From Candidatus Poribacteria bacterium (GTDB lineage Bacteria > Poribacteria > WGA-4E > WGA-3G), in NCBI GenBank assembly GCA_965198235.1, contig OZ240248.1, positions 32,001 to 96,000 of the forward strand: a stretch of 64,000 nt of DNA, given 5' to 3'. The notes under the pieces were generated by a model that was given only the letters and a program-made list of their open reading frames with translations, had not been told where the DNA came from and made no database searches. Positions 39,402 to 49,631 of the stretch are shown here, one piece after another (the stretch's first letter is position 1; the number at the start of each line of letters is the position of its first letter). The position numbers were made by a program, and so were the translations under genes.

Positions 39402-41036
39402 ATGGTTTACAAGCAATGGAATTTTGCGGTTTTAATCGTCATCTTGATTTTTTTTTGGATTGGAAACAGTGTAGCGGCAAATGCAATCGCAACTGGCACT
39501 GTATTTTTAGATACAAACAGAAACCAGGCAAAGGACGACAACGAGAAGGGGTTGCCTGGGGTTCGCGTCTCTAATGGGCAGGAGGTTGTAAAAACCGATG
39601 CCAACGGGCAATACTCGCTCGCAGTCAGTGATGATACCATTCTCTTTGTCATTAAGCCTCGTGGGTTTATGACACCGGTTGATGAAAATCGTCTCCCAAG
39701 ATTTTATTACATTCACAAACCGCACGGTTCACCAGAAGGACTGAAGTATGCCGGCATTGCACCGACCGGTCCATTACCGGAGTCGGTTGATTTTCCGCTC
39801 ACTGAGCAGTCCGAGGCTGATACCTTCAAGGTACTTGTCTTCGGGGATACACAACCCTATAATATGCAAGAGATTGAGTGGTTAGCACATGATGTGATTG
39901 AAGAAGTTATTGGAATTGATGCAGTGTTCGGACTCAGCCTTGGCGATTTGGTAGGTGACGATTTAAGCTTATTCCATCCACTTAACGAAGTGATGGCTAC
40001 CGTTGGGATACCATGGTACAACGTCCACGGTAACCATGATATGAACTTTCTTGCTATGGATGACCGGTACGCCGATGAAACATTCGAACGTGTTTATGGT
40101 CCCACGTGCTATTCATTTGATTGGGGACCCGTCCATTTCATCAACATCGACAATGTGCACTTTTACCACGATGAGGAGAACAAGCCTCGCTACTTGAGTG
40201 AGGTGGGAGAACGGCAGTTGACGTTCCTTCGAAACGACCTTGCTTTTGTGCCGAAAGATCAGCTTGTCGTTGTATCCCTACATATTCCGTTGACCGAGAT
40301 GCGCGATGTGAAGAAACTGATGAATCTACTCGGCGATCGACCCTACACGTTATCCCTATCAGCGCACACGCACTTCCAACGGGATGACTTCGTCGGACCC
40401 GAGCACGGTTGGCATGGGGACGACCCACATCATCACCACAATCATGCAACCACATCAGGCTCTTGGTGGCGGGGCGCGCTTGATGAAATCGGTATTCCCC
40501 ACACAACCATGCGAGATGGAGCACCGAACGGATATGGCATCTTCACATTCAGCGGAAATCAATATTCAATTCGGTTTAAGGCTGCCCGTCGTCCAGCGGA
40601 TTATCAGATGAATATATGGGCACCCTGGGAAGTTACGTCGACAGAAACTGGCAAAACAGAAGTAGTCGTTAATATTTTTGGAGGCACCAAACGCTCAACG
40701 GTTGAAATCCGTCTGGGCGAAGTCGGCGAATGGGAACCGATGACCTATATGCCGCAGGAAGACCCATACTATAAAGCACTCAAGGCACGGGACGATACGA
40801 ACCACCTTGAGCGGAAACTGCATATCGCCCTTCGAGAAACAATGAAGCCACAGTTGAAGGAAGACAGCGAACTGCCACAAAGGGGACAAGGGCTTAGTGG
40901 AATTGCAAAATCATTGCACATCTGGCAAGCTAAGCTCCCAGCGAATGTCCCCAAAGGAACGCACGTTATCTACGTCCGTACAACCGATATGTTTGGTCAA
41001 ACTTTCACAGGGCACCGAATCATCCGAGTGCACTAA
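39402..41036 (+). CDS. Secreted calcineurin-like metallophosphoesterase
   Basis: Signal peptide; GTVFLDTNRN, FGDTQ, LGDLV, GNHD, AHTH, SGSWW, DGAPNGY. Confidence 0.9.
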   Translation: MVYKQWNFAVLIVILIFFWIGNSVAANAIATGTVFLDTNRNQAKDDNEKGLPGVRVSNGQEVVKTDANGQYSLAVSDDTILFVIKPRGFMTPVDENRLPRFYYIHKPHGSPEGLKYAGIAPTGPLPESVDFPLTEQSEADTFKVLVFGDTQPYNMQEIEWLAHDVIEEVIGIDAVFGLSLGDLVGDDLSLFHPLNEVMATVGIPWYNVHGNHDMNFLAMDDRYADETFERVYGPTCYSFDWGPVHFINIDNVHFYHDEENKPRYLSEVGERQLTFLRNDLAFVPKDQLVVVSLHIPLTEMRDVKKLMNLLGDRPYTLSLSAHTHFQRDDFVGPEHGWHGDDPHHHHNHATTSGSWWRGALDEIGIPHTTMRDGAPNGYGIFTFSGNQYSIRFKAARRPADYQMNIWAPWEVTSTETGKTEVVVNIFGGTKRSTVEIRLGEVGEWEPMTYMPQEDPYYKALKARDDTNHLERKLHIALRETMKPQLKEDSELPQRGQGLSGIAKSLHIWQAKLPANVPKGTHVIYVRTTDMFGQTFTGHRIIRVH

Positions 41037-41247
41037 CCCAATATCAGTGTTCAACCACCATTATAGTCACCCTTCTCTATTGAAGCTGGAGTCTCGCAGA
41101 TAACGATTCAAGTAGACGGATTAATCCCCGACCATACCGCAGAATTCTATATCAGCGCAGATGCGGTGGAATCCGATCCGGGCAGTAATACCCTCCGATT
41201 GCGACGTCTATAGTTCGCTGAGAAAATATGTGTGTCTCCAGCAGATG

Positions 41248-41963
41248 CTAAACTTTGGCGAAATGTTCAGGGTGATTTGAGGTGATACCTTGCACACCGA
41301 ATGCCTTCATTTCGCGCATACGGGAGATGTCGTCCACAGTCCAGCACCAGAGTGCGATACCGCGCCGTTGGACTTCGTAAGCGAATTCCGCTGTAATTAG
41401 TTGGTGATTGACGTTCAGCAGGTTGCTGCCGAGCTTTCCGAGTTGCTGGCACAACTGTACAGGAGAGGCGGGGTTGTTGTGATTCCCGATGAGCCACCCT
41501 GTTGGAATGCAAGGCTCTAATGAACGAACGGTCTGTAAAACAGCGGTATGGAAGGAGATAATAAGGGTGAGATCTGGTGTATGAGTCTCACGGATTTTTT
41601 CGACAACTGTTTCTCCTATCAAAGGATCTTTAATTTCCAAAACGGCAATAGTCTTCTTTGCGATGCATTCCAGTGCCTCTACAAGCGTCGGCACGCGCTC
41701 TCCAACGAATTCGGAAGCGAACCATCCTCCAGCATCAGCACGTTTAATGGTTTCTAAAATGGTTTGATTGATACGTCCACAGTGATTTGTCGTTCGATCC
41801 AAGGAGGTGTCGTGTATCACTACGACCTCGCCGTCGGCGGTTCCATGTAGATCAAGCTCAACCGCATCCACACCGATTTCGATTGCCTTCTCGAATGCCG
41901 CGAGCGTATTTTCCGGGGCACTTCCGATGCCCCACGGTGTGCAATCCGAATCCAAGGATGCAT
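41248..41963 (-). pseudogene. Glycerophosphodiester phosphodiesterase with a 1-bp frameshift near 41924 (pseudogene or sequencing error)
   Basis: RBS AGGAG + MHPWIRIAHRGAS in one frame, SAPENTLAAF...ELDLH...HD in another; adding one G to TCGGAAGT restores HRGASGSAPENT. Confidence 0.8.
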
Positions 41964-42003
41964 GATGCCTAATCTCCTATCGCGATCGGGAGATCGCTCC
42001 TGC

Positions 42004-43449
42004 CTATTGTTCACTATCGCTCTGTTTAATCTTCTTTATCTGTTTAATCTTTTTTAAAAGAGTCGTTCGACTCATCCCGAGCAAACCCGCTGTTTTACTG
42101 TGGTTACCCGAAAATTCATCTAACACCAGTTCAATGAGTGATTTATCCAACAGAGCAACAACCTCCTCGTAAAGTCCCCGCTTCCCTTGCGTGATAGCCT
42201 CTTTTGTAATGTCTTGTAAAACAGATTTGAGGGATACTTCCAGTTGTGATGTATCTGTAGAATCTATCTGATGCCCCGTTCGGATTTCTGGCGGCAGATC
42301 CTCCGGGAGAATCACATCTGCACGCGAGAGTGCTGCCGCGCTTCTGAGGCAGTTCTCCAACTCCCGAGCGTTGCCGGGCCATGAATAATCTTGCAATAGT
42401 TTCATCCCTTCTTCAGAAATACCCCACATCGGCTTACCAAGTTCCTCTTGGGCGAGTTTCAGGAAATGTGTAATCAGTAGTGGAATGTCCTCTTGGCGTT
42501 CCCGCAACGGGGGAAGGTGGAGCGCGATGCGCTTGAAACGGTAGTAGAGATCCTCACGGAACTGCCCTCGCTTCACCATTTCACTGAGCTCCTGATTCGT
42601 GGCAGCAATGACACGCACATCCACTTTAAGCCGCCGAGTCCCACCTAACCGTTCAATCTCTTGTGTTTGCAAAGCGCGAAGCAGTTTCATCTGTAATGTC
42701 GGGGTCATATTGCTGACTTCATCGAGGAAAAGCGTACCACCATTCGCCAATTCAAACCGCCCGGGTTTTCCCTCCTTTTTCGCATCTGTGAATGCTCCCG
42801 CTTCGTAACCAAACAGTTCGCTCTCTAACAGTTCATCGGGGAGCGCGCCACAATCAACAGGGACGAATGGTGCCTCCTTCCGGGGACTACCTGTGTGGAT
42901 CGCGCGTGCTACCAGATCTTTGCCTGTTCCTGTTTCGCCTTCAATCAGCACAGTCATCGTGTTGCTCGCCATGATTCCGATGAGTTTGTAGATTTCGCGC
43001 ATCTGGCTGCTCTTTCCAACCAATCGGTGTCCGCTCTGTGCTGTTGGCGATTCGTCTGCTGCTTCCACGGGCAAAGTACTTCGGACGGATTGTGTCCGGA
43101 AAGCACGTTCCAAGACACTTTTGACGATATCCAGATCGATCGGTTTTGGAACGAAATCGAACGCCTGCAAGCGCATCGCTTCTATTGTTGTTTCCACATC
43201 ATCATAAGCCGTGATGATAATTACTATTACCCACGGGTGGTGCTCCTTAATTTCGCCTAACGCCTCCAGACCACTCATCCCCGGTAATCTCACATCGAGT
43301 AAGACAACATCCGGCTTGTCAGCTGCAATGCGGCGTAAACCTTCCTCAGCATTATTCGCAATGCTCGGACGATAGCCTTCGCCTTCTAAAAACTGTTCGA
43401 ATGCCCAACAGATTTTTTCGTCGTCGTCAATTACCAATACATTTTTCAT
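42004..43449 (-). CDS. Sigma54-dependent response regulator (NtrC/AtoC family)
   Basis: Receiver (VIDDD, LLDVRLP), AAA+ [33 protein letters not shown], Fis-type HTH. Confidence 0.95.
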   Translation of the reverse strand: MKNVLVIDDDEKICWAFEQFLEGEGYRPSIANNAEEGLRRIAADKPDVVLLDVRLPGMSGLEALGEIKEHHPWVIVIIITAYDDVETTIEAMRLQAFDFVPKPIDLDIVKSVLERAFRTQSVRSTLPVEAADESPTAQSGHRLVGKSSQMREIYKLIGIMASNTMTVLIEGETGTGKDLVARAIHTGSPRKEAPFVPVDCGALPDELLESELFGYEAGAFTDAKKEGKPGRFELANGGTLFLDEVSNMTPTLQMKLLRALQTQEIERLGGTRRLKVDVRVIAATNQELSEMVKRGQFREDLYYRFKRIALHLPPLRERQEDIPLLITHFLKLAQEELGKPMWGISEEGMKLLQDYSWPGNARELENCLRSAAALSRADVILPEDLPPEIRTGHQIDSTDTSQLEVSLKSVLQDITKEAITQGKRGLYEEVVALLDKSLIELVLDEFSGNHSKTAGLLGMSRTTLLKKIKQIKKIKQSDSEQ

Positions 43450-43551
43450 CTTTTTAACTATGTGCTTCTTCTCATCGCTCCACTACGTTTCGCGATGGTT
43501 TTCGGTTCAGGACCATGCAAATTTGGATTCCATACCGACATTGAAAAGACA

Positions 43552-44835
43552 TCAATCATTAGAAATTCGCTTGCCACCCTCTATTGACAACAAAAACTTT
43601 TTACCATCCTCACTCATCTCATTGTTGGTTTCTTCCGGTTTCTCCTCTAATTTCCGCTTGAGAACCGGATAAGAATCCACGATCGGGACCTCGCTAAGGG
43701 ATGTCAAAGCTGGTTTTCGTTCTTCCGCTCTCTCGGTTGCTTCAGCGTATCGTTCATTTTTTTTAGCAACGTGTGCTGCGTCCCGCGCTTTGAAATCTGG
43801 GAGTACCCGTTCCGCAAAGAGTTCCAACGATTCACATATATCCTCATGACGGTTCGCGCCAGCCTGCTGAATGAAGACGACTTGGTCCACCCCAGCGTCT
43901 TCCATTATCTCTAAGTGTTCACGGACCTGATCTGGCGTGCCGATCCCTGCTCTACCTTCGGCTGGATCCTGTGGTGTTTGCTTATATAACTGCCAAATAT
44001 CCGTTTCCCCCGGTATTTGCGAGCCGTTGTGATAGTAATGTGCGAGCCCAAATCGGAAGAAGCGCAAACCGTCTAAACCGCGGGCGATGGCAGTCTCTTC
44101 GTTGTCATGGCATGAAAAGCCTGAGACCATGGCGATGTTCGGGTTCACCCGCTGCGTCAAGGGTTCACACTCTTTCTCGAAAATCTCATAATACTCTTCC
44201 ACCCAGAATTTTGCTTCGTCTGCATCGACAAATGCAAAGGTTAACGCCCCGAGTCCATATCTGGCAGCGTATCGAAGGCTATCGCGGCTGGGACAGGCTA
44301 CCCACGGAGGTGGATGTGGTGTCTGCAACGGTTTCGGGAGGACGTTGCGGGTCGGCATCGAAAAGAACTGCCCGTCATAGCCTGCGTAAGGCGATTGGCT
44401 CATCATTTTCGCCGTTTCACGTGTGCATTCCGCCCACATTTCGCGCTTACATTTTGGATCAACGTTGAATCCATCAAGCTCCATACGAGAGGCGGATTCC
44501 CCCGTGCCCCACTCTACACGTCCATTTGAGACGAGGTCAAGCGTGGCGATGCGTTCGGCGACGCGCGCCGGGTGATTGTAAGCCGGGGGCATCAGCACTA
44601 TTCCGTGTCCCAGTCGAATCTGTGTTGTCCGCTGACTACACGCTGCGAGAAACACCTCCGGTGCTGAGGAGTGTGAATACTCCTCAAGGAAATGGTGTTC
44701 AACCTCCCAGATATAGTCGAATCCAAGTGTGTCAGCCAGTTCCACCTGTGCTAACGCATCTTGAAAGAGTTTATGTTCTGCTCCGTCGTGCCACGGGCGT
44801 GGAATCTGATGTTCATAAAACAGCCCAAATTTCAT
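43552..44835 (-). CDS. LLM-class flavin-dependent oxidoreductase (luciferase-like)
   Basis: GFDYIWEVEHHF, IRLGHG, RVAERIATLDLVSNGRVEWG, PKPLQTPHPP. Confidence 0.93.
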   Translation of the reverse strand: MKFGLFYEHQIPRPWHDGAEHKLFQDALAQVELADTLGFDYIWEVEHHFLEEYSHSSAPEVFLAACSQRTTQIRLGHGIVLMPPAYNHPARVAERIATLDLVSNGRVEWGTGESASRMELDGFNVDPKCKREMWAECTRETAKMMSQSPYAGYDGQFFSMPTRNVLPKPLQTPHPPPWVACPSRDSLRYAARYGLGALTFAFVDADEAKFWVEEYYEIFEKECEPLTQRVNPNIAMVSGFSCHDNEETAIARGLDGLRFFRFGLAHYYHNGSQIPGETDIWQLYKQTPQDPAEGRAGIGTPDQVREHLEIMEDAGVDQVVFIQQAGANRHEDICESLELFAERVLPDFKARDAAHVAKKNERYAEATERAEERKPALTSLSEVPIVDSYPVLKRKLEEKPEETNNEMSEDGKKFLLSIEGGKRISND

Positions 44836-45000
44836 TTTTTAATTTTACCTTGCGGTTAAATAACGTGAATTTGAAATTTAACGTCCCTTTCTCGAATCCG
44901 CTCTCCATTTCACTACGAGCTACGATCCTGAGAAAAATCCATGAAAACGCACAACCTAACAGGTTATGCTACAAGTGCCCTGAAATCGCTCTATCTGCCC

Positions 45001-45774
45001 CTACATTTCGGTATCAAGTCTATGCATCTCTTCGTCAGTCAATTGCCATGCGAAAACATCTAAATTCTCGCGTAAATGCGGCACCGAACCCGATTTGGGA
45101 ATTGTGATGATGTCTTGTTGGACTAACCACCTTAGCGCTACCTGTGCCGCGGTCTTGCCATGATTTTCCCCAATGCTCCGCAAGACTGCGTCACTGGCAA
45201 GGTTTCCAACAGCAAGCGGACGGTGTGCCGTCATCACAATATCGCGAGCGTGGCAGTAGTCTCGTAGTTCTGACCGGTTTCTGCGCACATGGTATTCCAC
45301 CTGATTCGTACAAATCGGGAGTTCGGAGACTTCACATGCCTCCTCGACCTGAGCGATGCTAAAATTGCTGATACCGATGCTTTTGACGCTACCGGCTTCA
45401 TGAAGTTTGTGGAAAGCTTCAAAGGTTTCGGTAACCGGAACGGAATCGCTCGGATGGTGAATCAATAACAGGTCGACGTAATCCATCTGCAAATCGTCCA
45501 GACACTCCTCAAAGTGGGCAAGAACATCGGCGTGTCTAAGATGGGGGTGCCAAATTTTGGTGGTCAAAAAGATTTCCTCGCGATCAATATCAGTATCGCG
45601 GAGTGCTTTCCCGATCTCGCGCTGGTTCTGGTACATCCACGCCGTGTCGATATGTGTATAACCCAATGCGACGGCTTCTTTGACGATACGCCGACACTGT
45701 CTACCTTTTAGTTGCCAAGTTCCCAAACCCAATATCGGCATTTCATGTCCTGATGCAAGTGTAATATTTTTCAT
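45001..45774 (-). CDS. Aldo/keto reductase (DkgB-like)
   Basis: LGLGTW, HIDTAWMY, YVDLLLIH, IGISNF, IPKS. Confidence 0.93.
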   Translation of the reverse strand: MKNITLASGHEMPILGLGTWQLKGRQCRRIVKEAVALGYTHIDTAWMYQNQREIGKALRDTDIDREEIFLTTKIWHPHLRHADVLAHFEECLDDLQMDYVDLLLIHHPSDSVPVTETFEAFHKLHEAGSVKSIGISNFSIAQVEEACEVSELPICTNQVEYHVRRNRSELRDYCHARDIVMTAHRPLAVGNLASDAVLRSIGENHGKTAAQVALRWLVQQDIITIPKSGSVPHLRENLDVFAWQLTDEEMHRLDTEM

Positions 45775-45818
45775 AATACCCTTATGATAGACGATTTAGA
45801 AAAAAAAGTCAAAAAAAG

Positions 45819-45847
45819 TTGACAAACACATAGAGATGGTGTATACT
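45819..45847 (+). promoter_or_regulatory. Sigma70 promoter for tRNA pair
   Basis: TTGACA-17-TATACT with A-rich upstream element. Confidence 0.75.
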
Positions 45848-45862
45848 ATTAACAACACTCAC

Positions 45863-45948
45863 GGTCGAGTGGTGGAATCGGTAGACACAACGGACTTAAA
45901 ATCCGTCGCCTGTAAAAAGGTGTGAGGGTTCAAGTCCCTCCTCGACCA
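45863..45948 (+). tRNA. tRNA-Leu(TAA)
   Basis: Acceptor GGTCGAG/CTCGACC, anticodon arm ACGGA-CTTAAAA-TCCGT, long variable arm, GGTTCAAGT; CCA not encoded. Confidence 0.93.
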
Positions 45949-46020
45949 TGATTTAGGACCTGATGAAAAAAAAGCCGAATCCAGGCAAAACCGAGCAGAA
46001 GGTCCATAGTTAACACTTGC

Positions 46021-46094
46021 CGCAGGGTAGAGCAGCCAGGTAGCTCGTCGGGCTCATAACCCGGAGGACGGGGGTTCAAATCCCCCCCCTGCAA
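46021..46094 (+). tRNA. tRNA-fMet(CAT), initiator
   Basis: C1:A72 mismatch, GGG/CCC anticodon stem, CTCATAA loop. Confidence 0.93.
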
Positions 46095-46209
46095 TCCCCC
46101 TTGAACTTTTTGTTTTTAAGGAACACAATTAGATTCACAAAGCCCTGCAATTGAAGTATTTTGCCCTTGTAGGATCCATCCCTTGTATCCACTTTTCTGT
46201 GCTGTCTTG

Positions 46210-47490
46210 TCAACTACCCAAGCCTAAAGACTTGGGAAACCTGTTAAGAGTGTCAAACAGCATTAGCTGTGTTGCTTTCTTAAAGCCCGAAATCTTTGCT
46301 TCGTTTTTGTTTCTCGTTTCATAGAGGGTGGTAACCCACGGCTCTCCACGAAGGGCAGCAGCTGCCCTGAGAAGTATGTTTATCGCAGCGTTGTGGTCTC
46401 GGTCTAATACCGTGTCACAAAAACTACAATTAAAGGTTCGTATCGCTAACGAAAGTTTCTTTAGCGATTTCTGACCGCAGCATGAGCAAGTTTGGGACGT
46501 ATTCTTAGGGTCAACTTGGTGGAAGTGGAAACCGTCTCTTTCGGCTATGTTTCCACACCACTCAAAGAAGGTTACCCAAGACGCGTCGGAAATGCTCTTG
46601 CTAAGGTGTTTATTTTTTACCATATTAGATACACGTAAGTCCTCTGCCACTAAAACATTGTTTTCTTTATGGTGGTAGAGTTTATAGACAAGTTTCCCGA
46701 TAAAGTCTTTGCGTTTGTTCGTTGTCCGTTCTTGGTGTAAGGCGGACGCATGCACGGCTTTATACCAACGCTTACTCCTTTTTTTACGACGGGATTGTGT
46801 TTTAGAGTGTTTTCGTAGTAAGCCTTCTGCTTTGCGATACCAACGCGGGTTGTCTTCCTTTTCACCGTCAGAAGTCGTCAAGTAATGCGTAGTGCCAACG
46901 TCAATCGCAATAGCGTCAGTCGGTTCAACTTTCGGGGTATCCGGCAACTCACAGGAAATATGTGCATACCAACCACTTGCCTTCTTAACAATTGAGACTT
47001 CTTTCGGGTCACCTTCAATCGGACGGTGCATGTATATTTTGACTTCACCTAACTTTGGCACTTTCAAACGATTGTGTCTCAAGTTAGTTTCAACAATCGG
47101 GTTCTGGCGGACACGTTCACCTGTCTTGAGTTTGTGTTTGCGCAGACTCCATGTCAAAGAACGGACGCGCTTTTTGTAACGAGGATACCCTTTTTTAGCG
47201 TCACCGTTCTTGCAACGTCTACGAAAGTTCGCAAAGGCTTTATCGTTGCGTTTGAGAGCAGAAACTTGAAAATCTTGTGGCACTTCACGAAAATCGTCGT
47301 GTTTCTCACGGGCTTTCGTCAACAATGTTTGCTGTTCATTCAGCGTAACAAAATGACCTTTTTCCTCATAAGTATATTTGCGATTATCACGGGCAGAGTT
47401 CTGCAGGTATTTTAAATGATCAAACCACTCTAAGAGTGTTTGGGCTTGTGTCTTTGTAGGACACAACGCATATCTAAATGTTAATTTCAT
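46210..47490 (-). CDS. tnpB: RNA-guided endonuclease TnpB
   Basis: FRYALCPT N-terminus; AIDVG, VAEDL, TSQTCSCC, CSFC, DRDHNAAINI. Confidence 0.93.
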   Translation of the reverse strand: MKLTFRYALCPTKTQAQTLLEWFDHLKYLQNSARDNRKYTYEEKGHFVTLNEQQTLLTKAREKHDDFREVPQDFQVSALKRNDKAFANFRRRCKNGDAKKGYPRYKKRVRSLTWSLRKHKLKTGERVRQNPIVETNLRHNRLKVPKLGEVKIYMHRPIEGDPKEVSIVKKASGWYAHISCELPDTPKVEPTDAIAIDVGTTHYLTTSDGEKEDNPRWYRKAEGLLRKHSKTQSRRKKRSKRWYKAVHASALHQERTTNKRKDFIGKLVYKLYHHKENNVLVAEDLRVSNMVKNKHLSKSISDASWVTFFEWCGNIAERDGFHFHQVDPKNTSQTCSCCGQKSLKKLSLAIRTFNCSFCDTVLDRDHNAAINILLRAAAALRGEPWVTTLYETRNKNEAKISGFKKATQLMLFDTLNRFPKSLGLGS

Positions 47491-47614
47491 GGTATATCCG
47501 TTATCCGTTCTTAACCCCTAATCAGTGGGTAGGCAGACACATAACCTTGCGGTTATGCTGATTATGTCTGCCAACGGATACTCTAATTATACCACATTTT
47601 CGGCTAAAAGTCTG
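47491..47614 (-). promoter_or_regulatory. tnpB promoter (extended -10 TG-N-TATAAT) and conserved structured 5' leader
   Basis: Homologous to 28086-28212. Confidence 0.7.
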
Positions 47615-47698
47615 CGGAAAAGTGGGCTTTTGTTTGCGAAAGCCAAACAAAAGGTAACGTTCTGCGAGCCGCAAGCCTCGCAGAACCCCACTTTTCCG
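47615..47698 (+). repeat. Three-way-junction palindromic insert (MITE or small structured RNA)
   Basis: CGGAAAAGTGGG/CCCACTTTTCCG closes two hairpins CTTTTGTTTG..GAAA..CAAACAAAAG and GTTCTGCGAG..GCAA..CTCGCAGAAC; absent from the homologous spot in the first element. Confidence 0.7.
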
Positions 47699-47935
47699 AA
47701 AATGTTTTTTTACATAGACCCATGGTCTAATTCACAAGGGCGGGCATTCCTCCCAAACCTAAAGGTTGGGGCTTCCTGCCCGTAAACGTGGGTGAAGAGA
47801 GTGTTGGATAGTTATCACTCTTCCCGCCAAGCCCAAAACCCAAATGGCTCCCGAGAATGAACCGCATTGTTGTTCGGCTTTTACCGGTTTTCGGTGCTCG
47901 CTTCTGTGGTTGAGGGCACGCCGGAGCAAAAACAT

Positions 47936-47964
47936 TTGACTTTTTTTTAATTATATGTTATACT
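47936..47964 (+). promoter_or_regulatory. Sigma70 promoter for tRNA-tilS-hpt
   Basis: TTGACT-17-TATACT, extended TG. Confidence 0.7.
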
Positions 47965-48009
47965 TAATGTAGATTTTAGGGCAGAATTTACACGCCCATT
48001 CAGACACGT

Positions 48010-48083
48010 GCCGGTGTAGCTCAGTGGTTTAGAGCACACGACTCATAATCGTGCTGTCCGGAGTTCGACTCTCCGCACCGGCA
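48010..48083 (+). tRNA. tRNA with CAT anticodon (Ile2 or elongator Met)
   Basis: Acceptor GCCGGTG/CACCGGC, arm CACGA-CTCATAA-TCGTG, GTTCGACT; directly upstream of tilS. Confidence 0.9.
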
Positions 48084-48143
48084 TTGCCTTTTTGGCGCAT
48101 CTTGCAAGTTTCCTAAACTTGCTGTCAAAAATAGGCATTTTTC

Positions 48144-49631
48144 ATGAAAGCCGATTTTGTGCGTCAGATGCACCGCTTCATTTTGCGGCACGCGATGATT
48201 AAAGATGGCGAGACAGTGCTTGTTGCAGTCTCAGGCGGTGCGGATTCCCTCGCACTCCTACACGGTTTGCATGCCTTACGCTCGCAACTCAACTGCCAAC
48301 TTCATGTTGCCCACTTAAATCATTGTCTCCGTCCAGACGCTGATGCGGATGCGGACTCTGTCCAGCAGCACGCAGCGCATTTGGAATTGTCTTGCACCAT
48401 CCAACGTACTGAAGTGGCTCGTTTGGTAAAGCAATGGAAGCTCTCTGTAGAAGCAGCGGCTCGGAGGGCGCGCTATCAATTTTATGAAGAGGTCTCGACG
48501 CAAATCGGTGCTACCAAGGTCGCATTGGGACACCATCAGGACGATACCGCTGAGACGGTTCTGATGAACCTCATTCGCGGGAGCGGATCCACTGGATTGA
48601 AAGGGATTACGCCTATAAGAGACATAAAGTTCATTCGACCGCTTGCGGGTTTTACACGGCAACAGATTGAAACGTTCCTTATGTCCAACGGATTAGTGCC
48701 ACGACATGATTCAACCAACACGGATACCCGCTATTTTCGCAATCGTATTCGCCATGAGTTGATACCGAGGCTTGAAAGCAACTATAATCCGAATATCAAA
48801 GTCGGATTAAGTCGGACTGCTGATGTATTAGGTGCCGAATCCGAATACTTGGACACGGTTGCACGAGAGGCGTTTGAAACCTGTCGGGTCCGAGATCCGG
48901 ATAGGCTTAAGGCACTCGCAACGTTGGAGAGTGTCGTGTTGGACAGAGCGAAGTTCCGACAGTTTCACATCGCAGTGCAGAGACGGGTGCTACGGTTGAG
49001 TTTCTTTGAAATGTTACGGAGTATGGGTGATCTCTATTTTGCACATTGTGAAGCGATGTTAAGCCTTGTCGAGGGGAATGCCCCCAACGCTGTATTAGCA
49101 CTGCCGAACGGCTTGCGATTCCGACGCACGTATCAATCCCTCATCTTTGAGGTGAACGCAAGTGCCAGATCGCTGCTTCCGGTTCAGACTGAGAGTTTTG
49201 CTTATCCGTTGGCTGTTCCCGGTAATACGTTTATCGCTGCTTTAAATACGGAAATTACCGCTGAATTGGGCGATATTCGGTCTGGCGAGACGCTTACATT
49301 ACCGGATGGAAAATATGAAGCAATTTTTGATTATGAAAAGGTAAGCGGAGCGTTTGCAGATCCCCCTTCAGAAGCATTTCCGCTTACAGTGCGCAATCGA
49401 CGACAAGGCGACCGGTTTCAGCCTTATGGTATGCGGGGAACGAAAAAGATTAAGGATTTTATGATAGATGCCAAGGTGCCTCGCTACGAACGCGATTGCA
49501 TTCCGATGTTTGTTTGTGGCGATGAAGTTCTCTGGATCGTTGGTTATACCACCAGTGATCCGTTCAAAATTCATTCCGGCACGCAGCAATATCTTTACCT
49601 ACGTTATGTCAGTGACAAAACCTTTTCCTGA
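48144..49631 (+). CDS. tilS: tRNA(Ile)-lysidine synthetase
   Basis: VAVSGGADS, AHLNH, EAAARRARY, GHHQDDTAET, IRPL, RNRIRH, TilS_C (GTKKIKDF). Confidence 0.96.
   Translation: MKADFVRQMHRFILRHAMIKDGETVLVAVSGGADSLALLHGLHALRSQLNCQLHVAHLNHCLRPDADADADSVQQHAAHLELSCTIQRTEVARLVKQWKLSVEAAARRARYQFYEEVSTQIGATKVALGHHQDDTAETVLMNLIRGSGSTGLKGITPIRDIKFIRPLAGFTRQQIETFLMSNGLVPRHDSTNTDTRYFRNRIRHELIPRLESNYNPNIKVGLSRTADVLGAESEYLDTVAREAFETCRVRDPDRLKALATLESVVLDRAKFRQFHIAVQRRVLRLSFFEMLRSMGDLYFAHCEAMLSLVEGNAPNAVLALPNGLRFRRTYQSLIFEVNASARSLLPVQTESFAYPLAVPGNTFIAALNTEITAELGDIRSGETLTLPDGKYEAIFDYEKVSGAFADPPSEAFPLTVRNRRQGDRFQPYGMRGTKKIKDFMIDAKVPRYERDCIPMFVCGDEVLWIVGYTTSDPFKIHSGTQQYLYLRYVSDKTFS

Larger units (their letters stand above)
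46209..47791 (-). mobile_element. IS200/IS605-family (tnpB-only) element
   Basis: Left end TCAC|CCACGTTTACGGGCAG-GAAG-hairpin, homologous to 28230-28301; right end hairpin CCCAAGTCTTTAGGCTTGGG-TAGT-TGAC. Confidence 0.78.

Noticed and set aside
42004-43449. GAFTDA variant or missing kinase as a novelty
   Set aside because: This variant and orphan NtrC-type regulators are common
45956-46005. Hammerhead ribozyme between tRNAs (CTGATGA)
   Set aside because: No GAAA core after stem II and no stem III; probably a spacer hairpin (GGACCT/AGGTCC)
46130-47867. 49-codon minus-strand ORF restored by excising the IS
   Set aside because: No RBS or recognisable motif; length compatible with chance
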